Source of the DNA: Glycera tridactyla
Taxonomy: Eukaryota
Reading direction: 5' to 3'
Assembly (NCBI GenBank): GCA_965644265.1
Contig: OZ286460.1
Span: 8,866,001 to 8,930,000 of the forward strand
Length of the DNA: 64,000 nucleotides
Below, one piece after another: positions 50,811-64,000 of this stretch. How positions within the stretch are numbered: the first letter of the stretch is position 1; each line of letters opens with the position of its first letter. The notes beneath the pieces are model-generated. The model was not told where the DNA came from, searched no databases, and saw only the letters and a list, made by a program, of their open reading frames with translations. Made by a program: the position numbers and the translations under genes.

Positions 50811-51289
50811 ATCAGTCGAGGCCCACAACATCATTAAGATCCTTATCACAGTAACATGAATTATATGTTTACAATATCATTTTAACGTGAGCGTGGTCAA
50901 TTCCACTTTTGTCATCAAAAGTGCAGCAGACATTTCCGAGATCTGATTTTGAGATCATTCATCTGAAATATCAAGACAGCGAAGTGTGACATTTTTGTGT
51001 GTCGTCAGAGAGGATTTCATCGAGTTAAGTTTGACATATTTTCTCCAAACCTTCGCGTGAAATCCGATTAGAGCACCTTTGTTGAATTATAATGCTATTA
51101 TTAGGGACTTGGTGTGTTCCATTTTCATTTTTTTGGGGGGGGGGGAGTGATGGCGAGATATCATGAAATGAATCCTGAACATTTTTCCATAAGTCCGACT
51201 CACTGAAAAATCTCCTGCAGCCCCGAGCAAGTAGCAAAACATGACAACCATAAGTTCTTGAGGAGAATTGAACATGCCTTTCGATGTAT

Positions 51290-51630
51290 CTTATCAATCA
51301 CTATCACCACCATCATCACCACCACCATCACCACCACCACTACCACCAAAGTCACCATCACCACCAAAGTTACCAACACCACCATCATCATCATCATCAT
51401 CATCACCATCACGACCAAAATCATGTTCATCACCGAAGTCAATACCACCACCATCATCACCATCCCCACCACCACCACCATCATCATCACCACCAACATC
51501 ACCATGGCCACCATCACTACCAAGGTCACCATCTCCATCCCATCCCATCACCTCCACCACCAATGTCACCATCACCACCAACATTACCATGATCACCATC
51601 AATGTCACCATCAATACCAACGTCACCAAT
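51290..51630. repeat. (CAC/CAT)n compound trinucleotide microsatellite
   Basis: Source of the poly-His, poly-Thr and poly-Pro ORFs in all frames. Confidence 0.95.
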
Positions 51631-51840
51631 ACAGCCGACCTAGGCGCAGGTATATGTTGTAGGAAACAAAATTGTGGTATTTTGCCTTCACATTCAATGC
51701 ATCACTTATTCATTTTCCAGAACTTTCATATCTTCCCACCAGGAGAAAGGGTATGACCTTTTCACTCTCCCCGGTATCCCGGAAAGCGGCCATATTCGGA
51801 GACCAGGAGACAGATAGGATGTTGTGTGCGTGCATGTGTG

Positions 51841-51897
<57 letters not shown>

Positions 51898-54227
51898 GGT
51901 ATCCCGGTCACGTGGTCGTCAGTGGGTAATTGATGAGTTAAACACAAGGAATGGTAACTAGATTAGATTGATGAATGGAGGCGAATCAGAGCAGATAATT
52001 ACGTTTGTCAAACAAGATCAAATCAGATGTCAGAACACAACAAAAGCCTGGCGCCCAAATGAAGTTGTTCTCCCTTACACGCCGCACAGCAGCAAGACTC
52101 AATCCCAGCTGACAGTTCCTATAAAGTCGTTGTGGCTGACGCATCGATTCCTTCTCTCACTCTTCAAATCCCCCCCCCCCATCCCCTTTTGTCCACCACC
52201 AGGGAAGGGCCGCTTTCAGTATGCTTTACTCTACCGAGTTGGCTGGTTTTCAAACATCTCCTGAGTATATGTTTTCACTTCAAAAGTTGGAATGATGTGT
52301 TAGCTTATGGAAAAATGATTTGCTAACAATTGACAGCCTGTTTCATTCAGGATGGAGAACCAATGTGTGGTTTACAAGCAGCTAGAACCTGGATCTAGAG
52401 AGCGCAATTTGGTTTTGATTACTTTATAGTGTTGAAATAATGTTCAATGAAAGAATAAATAAAATAGGGGTGGGGTTAGTGTGTGACACGCATGCAATGA
52501 GCATGGTTGGGATCAGTCCAGAGGCCTTCGCTGAAGTCCAGGCCGGAAGGTCAACTGGTATTCAAACCACAGTCACACAGATTGTCGTTTCAGACACAAT
52601 GTCCGCGGAAATCTGGCATGCTCTCACTCTACGTCATAGTGCGATCTTAGTTCGAGACACCATTTTCGCGAAGAGAATGAATCAACAACTGATCAACAAG
52701 TTTTCTATCGGTATCCCTTGTTAAAAAGTGTATTCACTCCATGCATCCCATCATCCACCCTCTCCACGTATAATCTTTATGAGATTGCTAGGAGAAACGA
52801 CATAAAAACCTTCAAAAAAATAATACCCACAAGCAAGATTTAGTATATTAAATCATGAAAGATTTATGTACCCCTCCAGGATCGTGGATAGAGCTCACCC
52901 GACCACCTCCACCCACGTCAGAAATCAGAGGCTTGTGCAACAAGGGTGTAACGATGAAAGAGACTATACTTACGACTCTAGTGTATATCCATGATGTAAT
53001 CGTGCATTTACTAGTAGACTATTACACCACCGAGAAAATCCCACACTAAGAACACAGGCGGACACGAGAGATAGGAAAGTGACGAAGGTGTTGATTGACA
53101 AGATGCCCAAATTCACCAGCACGTGACGCAAAAATCTGAAAACAAAAACAGGTAAAAAACAGCGTCAATCTCAGCAGGACTTCAACTGGGTCTATGTGAA
53201 TTAGTAAAAATGGTGGAATCAATGATGTGGTTTGACCTTGAAGAAACCTTGAGGGATTTTTCATTTAACACTGTCGAATGTGTTGATCGAGCAGGTGTCC
53301 ATATTCACCGGTACATGGTGTAGACACCAAATAAGAGAAACAAAAACACATAGAGAAAATGAGGTCAGCGGCTACAAAGAAAATTTTCTGAAATAAAAAC
53401 AAGTATATATCCAGTTATAATCGTGATGAAATGGGTTTGCAGACGGATATGAGCGAAACTGGGCAAGGCAAACGTCAGTTCTCAAAAAAGAAGGAATTGA
53501 CCTACAGATCACCAGAACTTGCAGACTCATTAACTTCCCGTAAACTGTATAGTGGGAATAGATATATGATTGGTTGGTTGTTTGGTTTATTGGGGTTTAA
53601 TGGCATTATTGAATTCACATGAGTATTCATGCCACATGTGTCTGATCACTGGCAGCAGGATACTCTGTCCCCTGCAGGCACCACTCTCAAACACCTTGAA
53701 CACAAGATGACGAGCAGCCAGACAGGTTGTCAGTTGGAAGTAAGTGACTGTTCAGACACACCTCAGCGTGCCTCTCACAAATCTGCGTAATCTCAATGAT
53801 GGCACACACCTAGTTATGTGATTGGCTGGATTCTGAGACACACTGCTAACAATGATTTCCTTTTGAGCAAAGCGCTATACTTGAAAGAAGGTAATCAAGA
53901 GGATACTAGGGTAAAGAGGTCAATCACTTTGACAGATTCGGAGGTAATATGGACCCATTTCACATCTCAAATCTTTAGGAGACGTTTTTGCTATAGATAT
54001 GTGGATATGGGTTTATAAGTTGTTAGATTGAAGAATGCAATGGGAAAGAACCCATACATATTGAGAACATTGAGTGAGAAACATGGGCAAATTCACAACA
54101 CGTTAATTGCCAAACTCCTTGAAACTAGAAGGACCTGAAAAAAAAATTCTTCAAAAGGTATGGAATCTCGACATACTAGGAAACTGAGCATGTCCGTAAT
54201 TAGCAGTTTTTCACTAAAGTTTTTTGT

Positions 54228-54364
54228 TTTTGTTTTGTTGGGGGTTTAACGTCACGTCAGCTCCATCTGGGCTATATTGTGACACCCATGCAATGGGCAT
54301 GGGTGGGATCATTCAAGACTCCTCCTTCTGGATCTCCAACAGAAGGCGAAAATTTATGAAATTC
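54228..54364 (-). mobile_element. SINE-like dispersed repeat (3' part)
   Basis: Core GAATGATCCCACCCATGCCCATTGC with a GACGTTAAAC..(CAAAA)n tail. Related copies at ~8110-8180, ~9880-9975 and ~63640-63737. No Pol III A/B boxes identified, so the class is inferred. Confidence 0.55.
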
Positions 54365-55727
54365 ACAGTATTTCACTAAAGGAAACAATCGAAACGAACA
54401 AAGTACGGGTTTTTCAGGGGAAAAAACAAACCATAATGAAAGTCCGTTGAGGTTTTTCAGTTTTCCACATAAGAAAATTGACCCAAACAACGAATCTGAA
54501 AATTGTAGCGAAAAAACACACTAACTTTATAAAAGAAATGTATGGAGCATTGTTTGTGCTTAGATGTTGATGATGCTTGCCTCGGGGCAGCGACGCTGAT
54601 GACGTGGGTAGTGGCGTCATGGCGCTTCTCCTGGCGCACAATCTCGACGTCACAAACGCAGACCAAATCTGATTGTCTGGCCGCACTCTTATCACGCCAC
54701 TCTAATCGAATTTCAATGCAGTGTTTGGCGAAAATATATCAAACCTAACTCAATAAAATAAACAGATTATCCGCGGCGCATCTAACTGCGTTTGGCCAGC
54801 GACCACAATGTAGGACAGATGGGTCGTCATAACCTTCTACGCCCGCCGGCAAATATACACGTTGTAAAGGTAGGGACATCCACTGGTCATTGGACTTGTG
54901 AAATCTCCATGCCAGTCCTATTCATTGATCTATATTGATATACCTTTTTTAATGAAATGTGTATTTAATGGGAGGTCGAACACGTAGGTTGGTGCTGCAG
55001 GTGGCTCGAGTCCATATCAGACAGACCCCAGGTTGTGTTCCACATTTATCATCTGATATGTTGGAATGTGGAGTTTATCGGGAATATCAATCGGTTTGAA
55101 TCGGTGGACATCACACCTTTGACTGAGATCATTCATGCATACATGTAGACCATGTATATTTATATGTGAAGGAGTGTCATCCTCAAAGTCTCTCCTCCTC
55201 TCCCTCTGTCTCTCCCTCTCTCTCACCCCCGCCTTCCCATCTCTCACAAAATGTGACTCGCTCCACCCTGTTTATTTTTCTCTCTCATGCACTCCACTCT
55301 CTCAACCCTTCCCAACTCTCATCTTATCGCGAATTCTCGATCATGAAATGACTACACCAAATGTTGTACAGTATAGAAAGTTATTCCTTGTCCGTTTTCG
55401 GTCACCGATCCATGTATCGGGCGTGCTCATCGATGTTCCACTCGGAGATTCTGGCGGCATCTATCGGTGTGTGCTGGATCAGCTATTTGATCGGGTCAGT
55501 GGTGAGACAAGCTGTCAAGGAGACGATCTGTCATCATCTTTATTTCATCCCTGCTTCATCCATCACCCGACTTTGTTCAGCATCACAATGGCAGCATCAC
55601 CTGCATCCCTGTCATCTATCATCCCTGATGCTATACTCGTCACCAGACGCTCATCCCCCATCCCACATCACGCCTTCGACACATTTCATCATGATCACAT
55701 CACGTGATAATCATGATCGAAAAAGCG

Positions 55728-55774
<47 letters not shown>

Positions 55775-56839
55775 GGCAGCAGCATTAGCAGCAGGGGCAA
55801 TAACATTAACAGTAACAGTAGTAGCACCCCGCTCGTCACCATCGCCGTCGTCGTTGCCTTCAAACAAAACACACAAACAACATCCATTTCGACGACGCCC
55901 CCATGACAACTACGACGATTTGATTGATGTTTTTTAAANNNNNNNNNNNNNNNNNNNNNNNNNNNNNNNNNNNNNNNNNNNNNNNNNNNNNNNNNNNNNN
56001 NNNNNNNNNNNNNNNNNNNNNNNNNNNNNNNNNNNNNNNNNNNNNNNNNNNNNNNNNNNNNNNNNNNNNNNNNNNNNNNNNNGAGGTGGTGATGGTGGCA
56101 ACGGCGGTGGTAGTGATGGCAGTAGCAGTCGTGGTGGTGGTACTTTTCGAGGAGATGGAGGTGGTAGCGATAATTAGCGATAATGACGACAAAACAAACA
56201 AATATCATGAGAATATATCTGATTCATTCCTCCAAGAATGCATTCAAATATCCATCAAGTGTGTTGGTACACAATAATCTATATATCTTTGTTGATCAGG
56301 CATGTGTTCATAACTTTTCCCATGTGGCTTACAGGCTTCCATCACATCTTTATGTCTTTCGTGCAGGCATTATAGCAAGGCCATTCGTTACCTGTCATCA
56401 CCTCATTTGTTGGCTTCCGAGGAGCAATTGTTTTTGTTCATGAAAAATAAATCAGAACAATAATTCACAGGACAGGTAATTACCTTTGTTCAGTAACCTT
56501 AAAAAAAAGTATGATGATCATGGTTAATGGAAGATACACTGGCGGTCGAACATGTCAGATCTTACTCTTCTGGTGGGATGGTACCAACGTTATCCATAGT
56601 CCGAGTGGTTTGTGAGATTCGCCTGTTCCCAGAGGTGCGTTCAATGTCAAGTCATTTGACCATGAAATCAGGTCATGACGGAGAACACGAGAAGTTCATT
56701 ATAGTGACAGTCGATAATGGTGTTGGCACGCGACACAGAGTAGTCAAGGTAACCACCAACACGTGTGACTGCATCCACAACACGATATCAGCTAATTGGA
56801 ATTGGATTGCAGAATGGACTTTGTAACTCACCAGATACG

Positions 56840-57314
56840 CAGGAGAGAGACACACACACACACACACACAGACAGACAGACAGAGAGACAGGGAGACAGA
56901 GAGACAGATAGACAGACAGAGATAGATTGAGGGAGACAGAGAGAGAGTGAGGGGGGGGGGGGGAGGGTAACCACCAACACGTGTGACTGCTTCCACAACA
57001 CGATATCAGCTAATTGTAATTGGATTGCAGAATGTACTTTGTANNNNNNNNNNNNNNNNNNNNNNNNNNNNNNNNNNNNNNNNNNNNNNNNNNNNNNNNN
57101 NNNNNNNNNNNNNNNNNNNNNNNNNNNNNNNNNNNNNNNNNNNNNNNNNNNNNNNNNNNNNNNNNNNNNNNNNNNNNNNNNNNNNNNNNNNNNNNNNNGA
57201 AATAGAAAGATAGAGAGAGAGGGAGAGAGAGAGGGGGGAAGGGGAGAAAGAGAGAGAGAGAGAGAGACAGAAAGACAGAGACAGAGTGAGGGGGAGGGCA
57301 TACAGACGGATGGT

Positions 57315-57396
<82 letters not shown>

Positions 57397-58242
57397 GTAC
57401 AGAGACAAACAAATTGTCAATCAAAAAGAGACAGCGAATGAGAACGACAGACACCAAGAGGGACAAGGAGGGATAGGTAGGATGCTTGTTCCAGGCCCAG
57501 TGAGCATTATATAGCTTTATCAAGATGCCTATGTAATGACCTTCATCTGGATCCCCAATGGAGGGTGAAATCTGTGAAACTCACGGGATTCAAGCTGTCA
57601 TTTCTAAAGGGGAAAGACACGAGACATGGTAAGACAGGAAGGGTGACAGACACAAAAACAAGGACAGAAATGGAAACATGCAGACAGTGGATGGAAGAGA
57701 GAGTAAGTGAAGAGCTGTGACAAAGTAATTGATAGTTGGATGGGCATAGAATGTAAAGTGCGTGCAGATAAAGAAGACCTGAGAAGATGAGCGATGGAGA
57801 CGGTAGATGAGTTACCAGCTTGTATCTTTGAAGTGTTTAAGTGTGAGCATGTCTTGGTCACAGAAGAGGTGAGGGTGTCAGGTGGACCTGGGACTCACAC
57901 ATGTCTCACACATTCAGCTCACTTCTCTTATCTTGTCCAGCTTTTCACATCATTAGACTCGCAGTAGACTGACGGATTCACATGTTAGGGGCGTGAGTCT
58001 GACACTCGCGTGTAGGTGAACAAGTGTGCGTGATACGGGCAGATGAATAAATGGATGCGTGGAGATATGAATAGATGATTGGATAAAGGGTTAGATGAAT
58101 AAATGGATGGATGGATGGGTGGGTGGATGGATGGATTGAAGAATGGGTGGGTGAGTTTATGGAAGAACGAACGAACAAACAGACGGACGGATGGACAGAG
58201 AGACAGATAGCTGGATGGGCAGACAGGCTGACAGACGGATAT

Positions 58243-58277
<35 letters not shown>

Positions 58278-58278
58278 A

Positions 58279-58339
<61 letters not shown>

Positions 58340-58340
58340 C
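56840..58340. repeat. Compound microsatellites (CA)n, (GA)n, (GACA)n, (TGGA)n, (GATA)n
   Basis: Direct reading. Other simple repeats in the window: (CAA)n 1504-1534, (GT)n 30408-30460 and 51820-51892, (CA)n 42590-42675, (GCA)n 55728-55795. Confidence 0.92.
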
Positions 58341-59199
58341 CTAATAACGATGGCTTATTTCATGGAGGCCAACTTTACAGCCGGATAAATCAGGCCGAGT
58401 GCTGCACTGTCAGCCGGCTGCGATTATATTCTGCTCCCCCGCCGAGTGTCAAATGCTGCAAGTGTGAATAAACCCAGATTATGTCACGACTATCATCATC
58501 AGTCGGTGGACACGCTCATCCACTATGGACGACCCCCAACAGAGAGCTAAAAGCACCGCTAGTAACAGCCCTGAGCCATCTACAGTTAAGTGTACCTCCA
58601 AAGTGATATCTATGTCCCCTTTTGATACAAACTGGGAACAGCTAATTCAATTCGGAGTGATCACATACACAAGTGAAACAGGCCTCGAGTCACTAAGATC
58701 ATGAGCACCCGTGGATCAGGTGCGAGCGTTGCAAATGTTGTTTTCTCATTTGAATCTGTGCAGGGTAAATTTCCTATCCTTTAACGTCACATATGACGAC
58801 CAGAAGGGGAAGTTAAACAGTATATAAAATCACAGCGGTATACACACCGCTTGCCATTAAGAGAGAAGCTTCGAGGACCCTTTGAGCGTCATCTGTTTCA
58901 TATGCACCAGAATAAGCTAAACACAACTTCGTGGAAGAAGACCCTGAATAGCAAAGAGCATGAGGTGATCTCATGGCAGGCGTAATGGAAAACCATTCAG
59001 GTATGTGAGTTCATCGTGATACATCTGTTACCACTCATATATCGCTCACATCAGACCAGGACTAATAAACCACCTCCACAACCTACTATGTGTTGTATCT
59101 TGTTTCTCGTGTCTTGTTGAAATGGCACAGAATCTCAAACCAGGCCTCTCCACCAGATTATACTGGCTTCATGAGTGTAGGTTCAGACATGAACAGCAG

Positions 59200-59590
59200 C
59201 AGCAGCTACACCAGCGACCCAAGCAGGTACAGCACCGTCAACACCACCAGCAGCTGTGGTAGCACCAGCACCAAGACCAGCACTAATACAAGCACCAACA
59301 CCAACTCCATCATTAGCGCCAGCACCACACCAGCACCAGTACCAATACCAGCATCAGCACCAACACCACTACAAGCACCACACTAGAACCAGTACAAGCA
59401 CCAGAATCGGCGCCACACCAGCACCAACACCAGCACCAGTACAAGCACCAGCACCAATACAAGTACCAGCACCCGCACCTATACCTGTAACAGCACCAGC
59501 AACAACATTAATAGCAGTACAAACACCAACACCAACACCGACATCAGCAGCAGTGCCAATACAAGCACCAGCACCACTACCAGTAAATGG
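59200..59590. repeat. Degenerate (ACCAGC)n hexamer low-complexity tract
   Basis: Source of the Pro/Ala/Thr-rich ORFs 59090..59612. No convincing splice sites. Confidence 0.85.
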
Positions 59591-62500
59591 AACAGCAGTA
59601 GATAAAAGCTAAGTGTCAACCAATCAGTGACCTCGAGACATATGGACAAGGGATCACCTCCCTGGTATAAGCCAATGGAATTCAGCGTGACAAATGGGTT
59701 GATAATGAGCAGTGATAGGCACGTCATGTTTGGATGGCATTTATTTCACCAGAAATGCATTAGATGTAGCCATTCATTTTGGTCGGAACACTTCAGATGC
59801 GAGTGGCGATCTAGTTTGATGACGAGAATCCGCCGCGTGTTAGGGGGCCATCCATCGAGGGGGCGTATCCTAATCAAAGGGCACGTGTGCTTCCGCCTCC
59901 ACTAAAAGGCTGGGTCACATTCCATTCACCTGATATAGGTTGCGAGCCAACTACGATATGTGCACCACTCCTAATTCCCATTCCCATTCCATGTCTCTTT
60001 GGGGTTCGATGCACTGCCCCCTACAGGAATCACTCACAAGAAGCCATGATACAGGGTGATGGGGAACCAGAATTGATGTCAAATGCAAGAATTGTCAGTC
60101 CAGACATATCTTCCCGAATGTAGTCCGCCACACGGGATTGGAGATTATGATATATTGATGGCATGTTTATTCAATGAGCTATGCATGTGGCAGCTCTGAT
60201 GAGTGGCGCTTATAGCAGCAGGAAATACTCATACTCGGAGCTGTGCCTGAGCCAAGTATCGGGTTTTCAAGATGGCGGCAGCCTGAAGTTCAGAATGTAC
60301 AGTGTGAATCGTAAAAGAGTCATTAGGTCCGTCGCGTGATACATCGGCATGATCATACTCCCCTGCCCCATCTGAGATGGCAGCTCAGGAGTTCTATTGA
60401 ATACCTTCAAGAGATCGAAGAGCAGTAACTTGTCTAAAACACGCTGTGATGTGAACATTTTTGGTGACGTGATCCTTAACCTGGTGGCAGCTAGGACCCG
60501 GATGAGTGAGGCCACGGTTGGGCAAGCTCGCTTTGTGTGTAGGAAGCCACCAGGGACTTCATTCACTATCATAATAGGGTTTATGGACACGTACATCCAT
60601 CCAAGAAGATTTATGTTTGTTAAACCTATTTGACTGATAGATGTCATTTCAGCCTATCAACACTGTCAGCGCCTATTAGCTATTTTTGGATGAGAGATCA
60701 GATCTTACAAGTGTTTTTAGATCTCACTCCTACTATCACACAGTCTTGGTTAGTGCAGCTCATGTCTGTTCCTGCGCTTCTAGCTCAACACCGGGGACCC
60801 AGTAGTACGTGACCATGTAGTACGTGACCTTGGTGTGCTGTATGTTCAATGCATACAGTAGCTCTCCCCACGCCTCTGCTGCAGTCACCCATCCCACGAC
60901 TAGGTACAGCCACGGCTCTCTAACACCTGGGTCAAGTGTGAAGAAGCTACAATCATACTATGCGGTACTCATGTATAATGCAGGGTGATGCACAACTGAA
61001 ATGTCATACGTCATGAGGATTCTTTATAGATCATTTTTAGATGTTCAGTATCCTATCATTTAGTCAGAACCACGAATCATTAAAAGTCTTCTCTAGGTGA
61101 AATATGACAGATGCATATCAGTTGCAATCTAAAGAGAATTCAAGTATTTTCATGATTCATGGCTCATAGTATGGTTCTGCAATCGTTTCCCATATGTCTG
61201 ACTCAGTCCAACGATTTGGTCTGTCAAACAATAATTTGGTCTCCCATGTTGCATACCTGATTTGACAGGTCCACCCTGCGCCCAACAGCGGGAATAGCGG
61301 ATGTAGAGGCGAGAACCTCACACAAAACTACAAGCGATGATTGATCATGTCTGACCAACCAATGATTGGTTGAAGTCACCAACAAAATATATCCCCATGA
61401 AGGGAGGTGATCTCTCGAGTAGGTTCAACTGAAGTATTTGTACATTTCTTACAACAGTATTGCCTCACATCAAGAGGATATTTGCAGTTTCGAGAATCGA
61501 TCAAGGATAAAATCTGGCTTCAAGCCTGCTCTGATTGGATGTTTTGTTATAGGAGATGAAGAACATGTGCAGGGAATATGACATAATTCCTGGAGAATTT
61601 GGGATCTCGCAATGTCTCTTATGCCATGATCACTGCGTCTTCTCGGTGCTATATCCCTTCTATCCGAGCACTGTCAGTTCACATTTCACTTATCTGCAAT
61701 CATCATTGCAATACTTGTATCTGGTAGAATGTGTCATAATGATTCCATTTTTCTAGCAAGTTGACCAATTAAGAAATTGAAATAACCTGAACCACAACCA
61801 GTATGAATCNNNNNNNNNNNNNNNNNNNNNNNNNNNNNNNNNNNNNNNNNNNNNNNNNNNNNNNNNNNNNNNNNNNNNNNNNNNNNNNNNNNNNNNNNNN
61901 NNNNNNNNNNNNNNNNNNNNNNNNNNNNNNNNNNNNNNNNNNNNNNNNNNNNNNNNNNNNNNNNNNNNNNNNNNNNNNNNNNNNNNNNNNNNNNNNNNNN
62001 NNNNNNNNNNNNNNNNNNNNNNNNNNNNNNNNNNNNNNNNNNNNNNNNNNNNNNNNNNNNNNNNNNNNNNNNNNNNNNNNNNNNNNNNNNNNNNNNNNNN
62101 NNNNNNNNNNNNNNNNNNNNNNNNNNNNNNNNNNNNNNNNNNNNNNNNNNNNNNNNNNNNNNNNNNNNNNNNNNNNNNNNNNNNNNNNNNNNNNNNNNNN
62201 NNNNNNNNNNNNNNNNNNNNNNNNNNNNNNNNNNNNNNNNNNNNNNNNNNNNNNNNNNNNNNNNNNNNNNNNNNNNNNNNNNNNNNNNNNNNNNNNNNNN
62301 NNNNNNNNNNNNNNNNNNNNNNNNNNNNNNNNNNNNNNNNNNNNNNNNNNNNNNNNNNNNNNNNNNNNNNNNNNNNNNNNNNNNNNNNNNNNNNNNNNNN
62401 NNNNNNNNNNNNNNNNNNNNNNNNNNNNNNNNNNNNNNNNNNNNNNNNNNNNNNNNNNNNNNNNNNNNNNNNNNNNNNNNNNNNNNNNNNNNNNNNNNAC

Positions 62501-62599
62501 TGGCTATTGACATATCGACAGTCAGACAAGGAGCTCGGAATGTCGTCTCATGATCCTGACTTGATCAAGTTGTTTAGGGAGGCCTTTGCCACCGAGATC

Positions 62600-63390
62600 T
62601 TGTGTGTCTCGTGTCTGATCTGACAACAAAATCGGATTGTCTGGATGCCAATGGAGGGTCGACGTCGCGCCAACGAAACAATTCTATTTGGTTATTTGAG
62701 CGGCGACATTGCTCATTGGTGCCCGGTGCTGGCTTTCTATTTGATGACGGGCGGAAGAATGGCGCCATGACGTGTTTAATCGCAATCACGCCAGACGATC
62801 GATAATTGGCCTGGCACAGAAGCCCTGCTTTCGTCTTGCACTACCTTTGATGTCACCGTGCGTCTTTGATGGCATAAATTTCCCACTCAGGCGGTGCGCT
62901 GAGGCGTAGCAAGGAGCCGAGGGAACCGGGAGTCGTAAAATGTCGGAAAACAGTTCTTTTGTCGGCCGCCATTGTTCGGCGGAAATTGATTTTGGAAGCC
63001 ACTAGATGGCACCCGGCTCTACCGTCGAGATTCATCGATAGATGGCGCGCTGATTTGTGGTCGCGGAATGTAATCATGGTCAACGACAGCGCTAGTAAAG
63101 TATTTAATTTCGATTAAATAGGTTTTTGTCATAAACTAATCGGTTGGGGTTTGTGGGAGGCCACTTGCGATGTTGGCTGCCAACTCAACAGGAAGGAGTC
63201 ATTTGTAAAACTGCTACCGCTGCCGAGAATGGCGCCCGCGAGACGTATATTCAATAAACAAATTGCTTGCTAATCTTCAGTCACCTGTTCCCAGTCAGAC
63301 TCATCATTTATCTGAACTACAGCTTCCTTCCTTCGGAACACATTCATCTGGTGATAAACGAGGCAAATTTGCATAAGAAAAGGTGAGTCG
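62600..63390. promoter_or_regulatory. CpG-rich promoter-like region with a possible first exon
   Basis: Elevated CpG, CCAAT/ATTGG boxes, GGCGGAA (ETS-like) and CCGCCATT / AATGGCG (YY1-like) motifs. A strong plus-strand donor AAG|GTGAGT lies at 63382/63383. Confidence 0.4.
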
Positions 63391-64000
63391 TGCTGCATAA
63401 ACATGTTGGACTCAGAAAAATAGAACACGAAGCTTCTCTGTTGTAAATGCACCTTCACACTTGGGTTGAGTAGGATAGTCGGGTTTTTGGGATCTACTCA
63501 CGTAACACCCTCACGATCGAATGTATATCAAGGATGTGTATGTTTATATCCACTATACTATAGTCGAACCTGTGAGAGAGGCCACCTTTGTACAAAGGCT
63601 ATAGGTTGCCAACATTTCTAGAAATGATACCTTGAGTGTTTATGAAATTCACGAAATTTCACGACGTCTCGAATGATCCCACCCATGCCCATTGCGTGAG
63701 CGTCTCAACATAGCCAAGACGTAAAACAACCAATGAACCACCCATTCTACAAACGCCCACTCAACTGTGATTGTGATAGTATGCTCTACATAAACAACCT
63801 ATCTATATAGGCCACTTGTTCACCAAAAGCAATGTTCATGCAACTGAGGGCGGTCTTAGTAGACGGTTATGTCCGTTATATAGTCACATTTCGTGATATA
63901 GTAACATTTCGCAATATAGTCACATTCACTATACAATGAATTCATTGTCAATCCTGAGTCGAAACAGGTCACTGGGACAGCGAGAAGTAAACACCAAGCA

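Noticed and set aside
56527-56826. 99-aa plus-strand ORF (or its antisense) as a gene
   Set aside because: No recognisable domain, the antisense frames contain stops, and the 3' part is locally duplicated.
2428-56962. Long poly-G runs (e.g. 2428, 9146, 25624, 45513, 56952) as functional G-quadruplexes
   Set aside because: Homopolymer lengths are unreliable in a draft assembly, and no positional pattern was evident.
51200-59727. Poly-His, poly-Ala, poly-Thr and Pro/Ala-rich ORFs
   Set aside because: They are simple-sequence repeats open in several frames on both strands.
60267-60647. 126-aa ORF as a retrotransposon or recombinase fragment
   Set aside because: No diagnostic RT or tyrosine-recombinase motifs.
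3-62529. ORF-track entries dominated by X
   Set aside because: They are read-through of assembly N-gaps.

Overview
This window is eukaryotic animal genomic DNA from a gapped draft scaffold (about 13 N-runs), probably a marine invertebrate judging by its repeat types (inference). It is intron- and repeat-rich, and most entries in the ORF track are artefacts of gaps, microsatellites and minisatellites. The main gene is a complete 7-exon, minus-strand 15-hydroxyprostaglandin-dehydrogenase-like (HPGD-like) SDR of 258 aa (27283->21205), reconstructed with GT-AG sites. It has the TGxxxGxG, NNAG, Ser and YxxxK motifs, and its first five exon lengths (93/124/107/97/77) match human HPGD as I recall them. 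A tandem paralog (11709->8995) is decaying. It has G->V in the Rossmann motif, a 12-nt deletion, missing exons 2 and 5, and a GT->AT donor mutation. The most striking observation is that the 3' splice site and first ~36 nt of the intact gene's last exon are amplified into ten 60-bp units, all keeping the CAG acceptor. Five units carry an in-frame TGA, and in four of them the same change creates a GTGAGT donor 6 nt after the acceptor. This gives potential frame-preserving 6-nt micro-exons or recursive splice sites. The window also holds a decayed Sola-like transposase split by a 1.1-kb MITE with a 7-bp TSD, a 5'-truncated L2-type LINE, Tc1/mariner-type MITEs, a HINE/Helentron-like element and SINE-like fragments. 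Other features are a 149-nt CpG-rich hairpin, 51-bp and 63-bp tandem arrays (the latter with a 1105-bp higher-order duplication), an orphan terminal exon of a probable membrane protein, and a promoter-like CpG-rich right end. No rRNA, tRNA or CRISPR was seen.
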